A DNA stretch of 53,695 nt from an uncultured Subdoligranulum sp. (GTDB lineage Bacteria; Bacillota; Clostridia; Oscillospirales; Ruminococcaceae): positions 1-53,695 of the forward strand of contig CAZIVF010000002.1 of NCBI GenBank assembly GCA_964542725.1, read 5' to 3'. Below the pieces are notes generated by a model. It was given only the letters and a program-made list of their open reading frames with translations. It made no database searches and was not told where the DNA came from. How positions within the stretch are numbered: position 1 is the stretch's first letter; each line of letters starts with the position of its first letter. This document shows, one piece after another, positions 1-7,240 of the stretch. Position numbers and translations under genes: made by a program.

Positions 1-1
1 A

Positions 2-310
2 GACGGTGATCTTGGCAATCAGGCGCTTAACCAGCGTTTCGTCAAATTCCGTGAGGAATATCCCTTTGTCTGTTTTTCAAAGCTGACCAACCGCAGTATC
101 CTCGCTACCATGAACAAATTCCAAACGAATTACCTGAGAGACGGCTATCGGCTTTATGAATACATAGAAAACAACATCCTCCAAACAAGGAAACTGAACC
201 GCTTTCTGAATACGGATTACCTTTGCTCAGAGAAAGTGAACGGAAAGATCGAATATTTCTTCCCTATAGAAAAGCTGAAAAATTTGCTCAAAGAGCGGCA
301 CGGAAAATAG
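2..310 (+). CDS. 3' part of a hypothetical protein (5'-truncated by window edge), DUF6933-like
   Basis: The frame of ORF 110..310 stays open back to position 2 (DGDLGNQALNQRFVKFREEYPFVCFSKLTNRSILATMNK...). The segment FSKLTNRSILATMN...YFFPIE resembles the DUF6933 C-terminal region. Visibly more AT-rich than the rest of the window. Confidence 0.5.
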   Translation, partial: DGDLGNQALNQRFVKFREEYPFVCFSKLTNRSILATMNKFQTNYLRDGYRLYEYIENNILQTRKLNRFLNTDYLCSEKVNGKIEYFFPIEKLKNLLKERHGK

Positions 311-372
311 GCGGGGCAGCTTTCGCCTGCCATAGCGGCGTTTTACATTGTGCAGCCATGCAAAAAAAACAA

Positions 373-401
373 TTTACAAAATACGGCGGGGCCTTTATAA
401 T
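373..401 (+). promoter_or_regulatory. sigma-A-type promoter for the DUF362 gene
   Basis: TTTACA(373-378)-17 bp-TATAAT(396-401). Confidence 0.65.
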
Positions 402-495
402 AGACAGCGGACGGAACTGTTCCCGGCGGCTTAGAGAGCGCGCCGCCGGGGATCCTGTTTTAGACCAGAGACAGCGCTGTGCAAGGAGACTGAAA

Positions 496-1644
496 ATGGA
501 AAAATCGACTGTGTATTTTACGGATTTCCGCTGCCCGGTGGGTACAAGCCAGCTGGATAAGCTCAAGCGCCTGTGCCTTGCGGCGGGCATCAGAGGCATT
601 GACATGGACGGCAAATTCGTCGCCATCAAGATGCATTTCGGCGAGTTGGGCAACCTGGCTTTTCTGCGGCCCAACTACGCCAAGGTGGTGGCGGATCTGT
701 GCAAAGAGCAGGGCGGCCTGCCGTTCCTGACGGACTGCAACACCCTGTATCCGGGCAGCCGCAAGAACGCGCTGGAGCACATGGACTGCGCGAACCTCAA
801 CGGCTTCAACACGGTGACGACCGGCTGCCAGATCATTATCGGCGACGGCCTGCGCGGCACCGATGAGTTGGAGGTTCCCGTAGTGAACGGCGAGTATTGC
901 CGCACCGCCAAGATCGGTCGTGCCATCATGGATGCTGACGTCTTTATCAGTCTGACCCACTTTAAGGGGCATGAGTCCACCGGCTTCGGCGGCGCGGTCA
1001 AGAACATCGGCATGGGCTGCGGCAGCCGCGCCGGCAAGATGGAGCAGCACACCAGCGGCAAGCCCGCCATCAACGCGGACCGCTGCCGCGGCTGCCACCG
1101 CTGCGCCAGCGAGTGCGGCAGCGATGCCATCACCTATGTGGGTGGCAAGGCTGTGATCGACTACGATCTTTGCAAGGGCTGCGGCCGCTGCATCGGCGCG
1201 TGCAGCTTTGACGCTGTGTACAATCCCAACGACTGCGCCAACGAACTTCTGGACCGCAAAATGGCGGAGTACGCCCAAGCGGTCTGCTATGGGCGGCCCT
1301 GCTTCCACATTGCTCTGGTGCAGGATATCAGCCCCAACTGTGACTGTCACGGTGAGAACGACTCCCCCATTCTGCCGGACATCGGCATGTTCGCCAGCTT
1401 TGACCCGGTGGCGCTGGATCAAGCCTGCGCTGACGCCTGCCTGAACGCCAAGCCCCTGCCCAACAGCCAGCTGGGCGAGCATCTGGCCACCCCGGGCTGG
1501 AAGCTCTACCACGACCACTTCAAGGATTCCAACCCCAACATCGAGTGGAAGGCCACCTTGGAGCAGGCGGAGAAGATCGGCCTGGGTACCCGCCAATATG
1601 AATTGAAGCGCGTGGGGCCGACGACGCGTGTGAGCAAAGGCTGA
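496..1644 (+). CDS. DUF362 domain 4Fe-4S ferredoxin-type protein
   Basis: RBS AAGGAG before ATG 496. Motifs AIKMHFGE, TDCNTLY and HFKGH...GGAVKNIGMG, two CxxCxxCxxxC ferredoxin motifs, and CDC. Confidence 0.88.
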   Translation: MEKSTVYFTDFRCPVGTSQLDKLKRLCLAAGIRGIDMDGKFVAIKMHFGELGNLAFLRPNYAKVVADLCKEQGGLPFLTDCNTLYPGSRKNALEHMDCANLNGFNTVTTGCQIIIGDGLRGTDELEVPVVNGEYCRTAKIGRAIMDADVFISLTHFKGHESTGFGGAVKNIGMGCGSRAGKMEQHTSGKPAINADRCRGCHRCASECGSDAITYVGGKAVIDYDLCKGCGRCIGACSFDAVYNPNDCANELLDRKMAEYAQAVCYGRPCFHIALVQDISPNCDCHGENDSPILPDIGMFASFDPVALDQACADACLNAKPLPNSQLGEHLATPGWKLYHDHFKDSNPNIEWKATLEQAEKIGLGTRQYELKRVGPTTRVSKG

Positions 1645-1893
1645 CACCCGCGGCGGGTTGTGATGGTCAGCCGCGCCGCCCTGGGGAGCGCAGCAAGGTC
1701 TGCGATTGGCGTCAGCGGCGCCTCTTCCCTTCCACAGGAGCGGGCAGCATCTCGGAGCCGGGCACTCCGGGATGTTCCCCTCCCGGCGGGGAATTTTCCT
1801 TTGTTCAAACTCTTTTCCCTCCTTGTTCACGATTTTCCAACATTTCTGTGCGATAATAGTTTGCGAAATTGTAAATTAAGGTGGTTGTTTATC

Positions 1894-2298
1894 ATGAAAG
1901 CTTGGTTCCAGCGCTTTATGTCCGGCCGGTATGGGTACGATCAGCTTGGCCGGTTTCTCTGCTTTTTCGCCATGGCCTGCCTGCTGTTGGGGCTGTTTGC
2001 CAACGGGCTTCTCAACGGTGTGTTCTACTGGGTGGGGCTGGCCGTTCTGGTCTGGGCCTATTTTCGCATGTTCAGCCGCAACACCCGCAAGCGCTACGCC
2101 GAAAATCAGAAATATTTACAGCTGATGCGCCCCGTGAACGCCCGGTTCGCTAAGTGGAAGCTGCGCTTTGACCAGCGCAAGGTTTACCGGTACTACCGCT
2201 GCCCCCACTGCCACCAGGAACTGCGGGTGCCGCGCGGGCGGGGACGTATCTCCATCAGCTGCCCCAAATGCGGCACCACTTTTATCAAAAAGAGTTGA
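1894..2298 (+). CDS. membrane protein with C-terminal zinc ribbon (CPHC...CPKC)
   Basis: ATG 1894 after AAGGTGG. GRYGYDQL motif, two hydrophobic helices, RYAENQKYL, then CPHCHQELRVPRGRGRISISCPKC. Confidence 0.8.
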   Translation: MKAWFQRFMSGRYGYDQLGRFLCFFAMACLLLGLFANGLLNGVFYWVGLAVLVWAYFRMFSRNTRKRYAENQKYLQLMRPVNARFAKWKLRFDQRKVYRYYRCPHCHQELRVPRGRGRISISCPKCGTTFIKKS

Positions 2299-2304
2299 CG
2301 AACC

Positions 2305-3156
2305 ATGTTCGGGTATGTTACCATTTTCCGTAAGGAGTTGGATGACGCGGCGCTGGACTGCTACCAGAGTTATTACTGCGGCCTGTGCGAAGCGTTGGGC
2401 CGCCGCTACGGCGTGGCCGGCCGGCTTACCCTGAGCTACGATATGGCCTTTGCGGCGATGCTGCTCACCGCGCTGTATGAGCCGGACACCGCATTGACCC
2501 AGGGGCGCTGCCTGCCCCACCCGATGCGGGCTAAGCCCCGCGCCGCCAACGAATTTTTGGACTATGCGGCGGATATGACCATCGCGCTGGCATACTATAA
2601 TTGTATGGACGATTGGCAGGACGACCATCACCGGCGCAGCCTGTGGCAGGCCCAAAAGCTGGAGCGGTTCCTGCCGGAGATTCGTCGCCGGTGGCCCCGC
2701 CAGTGCGCCGCCATCGATACCCAGCTGGCTGCCCTGAACGAATTGGAGGGCGCGGGCAGCCACGATCTGGACGCGCTGTGCGGCGCTTTCGGCGCGCTGT
2801 TGGGCGCGGTGTTCGCCTGCCGTGACGATGTTTGGCGCCCCCTGCTGGAAGGGATGGGCCGGGGTTTGGGGGGCTTCATCTACCTGATGGACGCCTACGA
2901 TGATCTGGACAGGGATCGCCGCCATGGGCGCTACAACGCGCTGGCCGCACTGGCCGGGGCGCTGCCCAAGGAGGAATACGAAACGCGTTGCCATGAACTT
3001 TTGACCCAGCAGATGGGCCTCTGCGCGCAGCAGTTTGAGCTGCTGCCTATCTTGAAGGACACCAACGAGGGCAAACTGCTGTACAACACAATCTATGCCG
3101 GCGTGTGGTGCAAATACGCGCTGGTAAAGCGATACAGGGAGGGGCGGAAAAAATGA
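2305..3156 (+). CDS. DUF5685 family protein
   Basis: MFGYV start, YYCGLC, RLTLSYD, CLPHP, DDWQDD and [12 protein letters not shown]...YN motifs typical of this family. Confidence 0.8.
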   Translation: MFGYVTIFRKELDDAALDCYQSYYCGLCEALGRRYGVAGRLTLSYDMAFAAMLLTALYEPDTALTQGRCLPHPMRAKPRAANEFLDYAADMTIALAYYNCMDDWQDDHHRRSLWQAQKLERFLPEIRRRWPRQCAAIDTQLAALNELEGAGSHDLDALCGAFGALLGAVFACRDDVWRPLLEGMGRGLGGFIYLMDAYDDLDRDRRHGRYNALAALAGALPKEEYETRCHELLTQQMGLCAQQFELLPILKDTNEGKLLYNTIYAGVWCKYALVKRYREGRKK

Positions 3157-3869
3157 CTGATCCGTACAGCGTGCTGGGGATCTCCCCCGACGCCGACGAG
3201 GACACCATCAAAAAAGCCTACCGCCAAAAGTGTAAGCAGTACCATCCCGACCTGCACCCCAACGACGCCGCCGCCGAGGAGAAATTCAAGGAAGTACAGG
3301 CCGCCTACAGTGAGATACAGAACCGCAAGAACGGCGGCCAAACTGCCCAGGGCGGCTACCAGGGCTACGGGCAGAGCGGCTACGGAAGCCGGGATACCGG
3401 ATATCAGGATCCCTTCCGCGGCGGGTACGACCCCTTTGGCTTTGGATTTTACAGTAGCCATGGCCGCCAAAGCCAGCAGGAGCAGCAGCCTGAGATGCAG
3501 GCCGCTGCCAACTATATCCGCAGCGGCTATTACCAGGAGGGACTCAACGCCCTGAACGACATTCCCGCCGGCCAGCGCACGGCCCGGTGGCATTACTATG
3601 CCGCGCTGGCCCACCAGGGCCTGGGGAGCAATATCCGCGCCCAAGAGGAAGCCCGCACCGCCGTGCAGATGGAACCGGGCAACTTTACCTACCAGGACCT
3701 TTTGAACCAGCTGCAGAATCCAAGCCGAACCTACACCCGCTATCAGCGCCCCTATGCTCAGCCCAGCCGGCCGCACAGCTTTTTGCTGAACCTGTGGATG
3801 TATATGATTCTGTGCAACCTTTTAAGCTGCTGCTGTTGCGGCCGCCCCAGCGGATTTTTCTGCTGTTGA
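3153..3869 (+). CDS. J-domain (DnaJ-like class C) protein with TPR-like helices and Cys-rich hydrophobic C-terminus
   Basis: DPYSVLG...IKKAYR...YHPD...[13 protein letters not shown] domain. The ATG overlaps the upstream TGA (ATGA). G/Y-rich linker, TPR-like [10 protein letters not shown]...EPGN, tail [19 protein letters not shown]. Confidence 0.88.
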   Translation: MTDPYSVLGISPDADEDTIKKAYRQKCKQYHPDLHPNDAAAEEKFKEVQAAYSEIQNRKNGGQTAQGGYQGYGQSGYGSRDTGYQDPFRGGYDPFGFGFYSSHGRQSQQEQQPEMQAAANYIRSGYYQEGLNALNDIPAGQRTARWHYYAALAHQGLGSNIRAQEEARTAVQMEPGNFTYQDLLNQLQNPSRTYTRYQRPYAQPSRPHSFLLNLWMYMILCNLLSCCCCGRPSGFFCC

Positions 3870-3881
3870 ATCAAAAAATTT

Positions 3882-3923
3882 GCCCCGCCCCGCTGCATAT
3901 TTGCCGCGGGGCGGGGCTTTTTT
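3882..3923. terminator. rho-independent terminator between convergent genes (probably bidirectional)
   Basis: GCCCCGCCCCGC / GCGGGGCGGGGC stem followed by T6, with an A-run upstream. Confidence 0.8.
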
Positions 3924-3945
3924 GGGCAGAGAGAAGCACTGCCAT

Positions 3946-4719
3946 TCACACAGGCGCTTCGGCGATCAGCGCAAGCGCCAAACGCACCAGGTTTTCCCGC
4001 GTGGTGTACTGCCGGTTCCAGTCGCGGGCGTTCCACTCTGCGCCGGTCAGATCATCCCCGGCGTACAGCAGCTGCGCCAGCGGCAGGCCGTAGAACTGCG
4101 CCACCGCAAAAAAGGCGGCGCACTCCATCTCGACCGTCAGGCAGCCCTCCCCGGCGCGCCGCCGAATCTTATCCTCCGTCTCGCGGTAAAAGGCGTCGGT
4201 GGTCCAGGTCTTGCCCTCCACAAAGGGCAGCTCCATGGCCTGCAGCTGCGACCGCACCGCATCCAGCGCCTGCGCCGGGCAGGCGACCTCCCGCGCGGGC
4301 GGTAAGTAATGGTAGGAGGTCCCCTCGTCCCGCACAGCGGCGGCGGGCAGGATCAGTTTCCCCACCGTCAAATCGCTGCACAGGCTGCCGGCGCTGCCGC
4401 AGACAAGGAACGCCCCGCATCCCATGGCGTGCAGTTCCTCGATGGTTCCCGCCGCGCCGGGGGCGGTGGCAAACGGCATCGTCAGCGCGATGGACTGCCC
4501 GTTTTTCCTGTACTCATAGATCGGGATATCCACGATCTCGGAATGGAGATGGTCCAGGATTTTACAGTCGTTTTCCCGGATAATCTTCTCCAGGGCGTCC
4601 CGGAAAAAGGTAATCACGCACTTGCCGGGCAGCGTTTTGGGGAGTATATCCGCCGCCCGAATCTTGGCCGTCCGGTCGGTGTCATACTCTATAATAGGGT
4701 AAGCTTGGGCAGTAAGCAT
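3946..4719 (-). CDS. nucleoside phosphorylase (PNP_UDP_1, uridine phosphorylase-like)
   Basis: GSAGSL, RDEGTSYHY, TWTTDAFYRET, VEME motifs. Confidence 0.88.
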   Translation of the reverse strand: MLTAQAYPIIEYDTDRTAKIRAADILPKTLPGKCVITFFRDALEKIIRENDCKILDHLHSEIVDIPIYEYRKNGQSIALTMPFATAPGAAGTIEELHAMGCGAFLVCGSAGSLCSDLTVGKLILPAAAVRDEGTSYHYLPPAREVACPAQALDAVRSQLQAMELPFVEGKTWTTDAFYRETEDKIRRRAGEGCLTVEMECAAFFAVAQFYGLPLAQLLYAGDDLTGAEWNARDWNRQYTTRENLVRLALALIAEAPV

Positions 4720-4730
4720 ACAAACTCCTT

Positions 4731-5414
4731 TCAGGCGAACAGCCTTTCGAGCAGCGGCTCCAGCGTCTCGATGTTCTGTTGGAATTGGGGGTAAAATTCG
4801 TCCCGGATGCTATAGTCATAATACAACGCCCTGGCTATGCGGCGCCGGGCGGCGGCCAGGCGGGGGTGTTCGCGGTTGGCCAACAGCTGCTCAGACAGAG
4901 CGGTGCAGACCGCCGCCCACCGTGCGTCGACACCGGCGCGCTCCAACACACCGGCGTCCCGCAGGCAGTCCCGCAAAGTCCGCCCACCGGCGCGCGCGCC
5001 GCACAGCGGGGTTTGGGCGTAGTATTCTACCGCAGCGACGGCGGGGTCGATGCTCTGCCCCAGCGGGTAGAGCGCGCAGACCAGGGGGCGGGCCTGGTGG
5101 ATCAGGCAGGCCCCGCCCTCCAAAAAACGGCAGTCGCCGGTTTTGGGGTCAGGCGTCAGGCGCAGGGCGGGCAGCATCGTTTTTTGCCCCAGGTATTCCC
5201 GGCAGAAGGCGGCGGCCACCACCCGGGGCGGCAGATCCAGCCGCCGGGCGATACGGTACAGGTCATAGCCGGAGAGCACCAGGTCCCGCCGGGCGCGGCA
5301 GCAGCCGCCGCAGCCCGCGCAGACAAAAGCAAACGGCTCGTCCAGATCCAGGCGGGGGCAGGAATCCCATTCCCTCTCCCCTGCCCGCCCCGGCTCAGGG
5401 GCGCGGCTGCTCAC
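4731..5414 (-). CDS. YkgJ family CxxCxxCC cysteine-cluster protein
   Basis: FVCAGCGGCC ... CRFL...CLIHQARPLVCALYP. The GTG start overlaps the upstream stop. Confidence 0.8.
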   Translation of the reverse strand: MSSRAPEPGRAGEREWDSCPRLDLDEPFAFVCAGCGGCCRARRDLVLSGYDLYRIARRLDLPPRVVAAAFCREYLGQKTMLPALRLTPDPKTGDCRFLEGGACLIHQARPLVCALYPLGQSIDPAVAAVEYYAQTPLCGARAGGRTLRDCLRDAGVLERAGVDARWAAVCTALSEQLLANREHPRLAAARRRIARALYYDYSIRDEFYPQFQQNIETLEPLLERLFA

Positions 5415-6397
5415 AGAGGCACCTCGTCGGGGTTGGGACGGCCCGCGGCGAAGCAGTCCACCGCCTCGAAGGCGCTCTGCACCATGCTGACCACATTCAC
5501 ATCGGTATAAAACGCCATGTGCGGGCTGACAATAACGTTGGGGAAGCTGCGCAGCAGTGCCAGCTCCCGGTTATGCAGCGCCTCCCCGCAGCGGTTATAG
5601 TAGCACAGGCCGTTCTCGTCCTCCACCACGTCCAGGCCCGCGCCGCCGATCTTGCCGGATTCCAGCCCTGCAATCAGGGCCTCCGGGTCGATGAGGGTCC
5701 CGCGGGCGGTGTTCACCAGCAGCACGCCATCCTTCATCTTGGCGATGGCGGCGGTGTCGATCAGATGGTAGTTCTCCGGCGTGGCGTTGAGGTGCAGCGT
5801 GATGATATCGCTCTCTCTGTATAAGGTGTCCAGGTCGGTGTAGACGGCGTAGGGCAGCGCCTCCTCGCTGGGGTAGAGGTCGTAAGCCAGCACCTTGCAG
5901 CCAAAACCGGATAGATGCCGGATCACCGTCCGCCCGATTTTGCCGGCGCCGATGACGCCCACCGTGCAGTTGGTCAGGTCGCGGCCCATCTTGCCCTTGA
6001 GGGAGTAATCCTGTGCCACGGCCCGCAGCATGATCTGGTTCATCTTGCGGGTGGCCATCAGCATGAGCATGATGGTATAGTTGGCCACACCCTCGGGCGG
6101 ATAGTGGCTGTGCGCCACCCGCAGCCCCAGCCGCTTGGCGGCATCCAGCGGGATATGGTCGTAGCCGATACTGCGGCAGGGCAGATACCGCACCCCCAGC
6201 CGGGCGAATTCTTCCAGGTATTCGGGGCGTATCTCGCAAGGGTTGGTGCTGACCGCGTCGCAGCCCGCAGCCAGATGCAGATTCTCCGGCCGGGGCGGCT
6301 CCGTGGTCCAGGCGTAGTCGATGCCGTACCGAGCCTTGCACTGCTCACAGTATTCCAGTTCGTCGAAGGGACGCATGGTATAGAAAAAGATCTTCAT
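5411..6397 (-). CDS. D-isomer-specific 2-hydroxyacid dehydrogenase (D-lactate dehydrogenase-like)
   Basis: RSIGYDHI, GVIGAGKIG Rossmann motif, NTARG, LDVVEDE, SPHMAFYT. Confidence 0.9.
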   Translation of the reverse strand: MKIFFYTMRPFDELEYCEQCKARYGIDYAWTTEPPRPENLHLAAGCDAVSTNPCEIRPEYLEEFARLGVRYLPCRSIGYDHIPLDAAKRLGLRVAHSHYPPEGVANYTIMLMLMATRKMNQIMLRAVAQDYSLKGKMGRDLTNCTVGVIGAGKIGRTVIRHLSGFGCKVLAYDLYPSEEALPYAVYTDLDTLYRESDIITLHLNATPENYHLIDTAAIAKMKDGVLLVNTARGTLIDPEALIAGLESGKIGGAGLDVVEDENGLCYYNRCGEALHNRELALLRSFPNVIVSPHMAFYTDVNVVSMVQSAFEAVDCFAAGRPNPDEVPL

Positions 6398-6412
6398 GGG
6401 AAGGTTCCTCCC

Positions 6413-6562
6413 TCAGATATGGAAGTCAAAGGTCTGGTAGCCGCCGCCGGGCAGAATAAGAACGGCGGGGCGGCGCTCATAGCCGGGCATCTTTTCATCG
6501 GGTTCCCGCAGCCATCCGGTCAGCTTTGCGCCGCTGGGAAGGGTGTATTCACAGAGTTTCAT
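6413..6562 (-). pseudogene. 49-codon remnant of an alpha/beta hydrolase (acetyl esterase/lipase-like)
   Basis: Strong RBS GAGGAGG and ATG 6562. MKLCEYTLPSGAKLTGWLREP...RRPAVLILPGGGY ends after 7 more residues, with no GxSxG. Confidence 0.65.
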
Positions 6563-6576
6563 CTTATATTGCCTCC

Positions 6577-7044
6577 TCACGCTTGGGCGGCGGGCAGCGG
6601 GTGAGCCGCGATGTATTCCGCCAGAAGATCGGCAGCCAGGCGGCAAAGTTCGCCGCAGGGCCGCTTTTTATAATATTCATCGGTGCGGGGGCTGGCGGCG
6701 GGGCTGCCCTCCGGTTTAGCCAGCCCTAACAGTTCCCGGCAGAGGATGCTGCCGCCGCCGTTCTCCGCTTTATAGCGGGCGGCCAGCGCTTGCACCTCGG
6801 TGTAGAGGGCGGTCTTTTGTTCCGGATCATCGGAGCCGTACAGCGCCCCCAACACCAGCACAAGGCCGGAGAAGGCGCCGCAGACCTCCCGCATGCGGCC
6901 CATGCCGCCGCCGAAGCCCACGGTCATCCGAAAAATCTGGGTCTCGGTCATGCCCATCTCTTGGGCGAAGGCGGCGGCCACCGCCTGGCTGCAGTTGTAG
7001 CCCTGATGAAAATATTGGCAGGCCCTTTCCCCATAAACAGACAT
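6577..7044 (-). CDS. C-GCAxxG-C-C family putative redox protein
   Basis: GYNCSQAV, GFGGGMG, EVCGAFSG, ILCRELLG, PC motifs. Confidence 0.88.
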   Translation of the reverse strand: MSVYGERACQYFHQGYNCSQAVAAAFAQEMGMTETQIFRMTVGFGGGMGRMREVCGAFSGLVLVLGALYGSDDPEQKTALYTEVQALAARYKAENGGGSILCRELLGLAKPEGSPAASPRTDEYYKKRPCGELCRLAADLLAEYIAAHPLPAAQA

Positions 7045-7145
7045 TTTTGCACTTCCTTTTTTGTAAACAGTATAGCTTTAGCATACCGCAAACCGGCTTG
7101 TTTGAAAAGGGGATTTTTAATTTTTTGTAAAAACAGCCAGAAGGG

Positions 7146-7206
7146 GTTGCACTTTATAGCCGGGAGTGCTAAACTATTTTTAGCACTCATGGCACACGAG
7201 TGCCAA
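7146..7206 (+). promoter_or_regulatory. tandem CIRCE (HrcA operators) overlapping the sigma-A promoter of htpG
   Basis: TTAGCACTC-N9-GAGTGCCAA at 7180-7206 and GTTGCACTT-N9-GAGTGCTAA at 7146-7172. Promoter TTGCAC(7147)-17-TAAACT(7170) with extended TG. Confidence 0.85.
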
Positions 7207-7240
7207 ATTATTGAATATCATAAAGCGAGGTAATCCTAGT

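Noticed and set aside
223-495. N-terminal extensions in the ORF track (also for pdp, der, cdaA, the BMP gene, DUF512 and others)
   Set aside because: They cross promoters or intergenic DNA; downstream starts have proper RBSs and match family N-termini.
1645-1830. GC-rich intergenic stretch as a possible ncRNA
   Set aside because: Only generic hairpins and a probable terminator near 1775-1805; no recognisable RNA family or promoter.
3349-3450. GGCTAC short repeats in the J-domain gene
   Set aside because: They simply encode the Gly/Tyr-rich linker and are not a CRISPR or VNTR array.
5411-6397. Similarity of the dehydrogenase to VanH
   Set aside because: There is no D-Ala-D-Lac ligase or VanX nearby; this is a general D-2-hydroxyacid dehydrogenase family resemblance.
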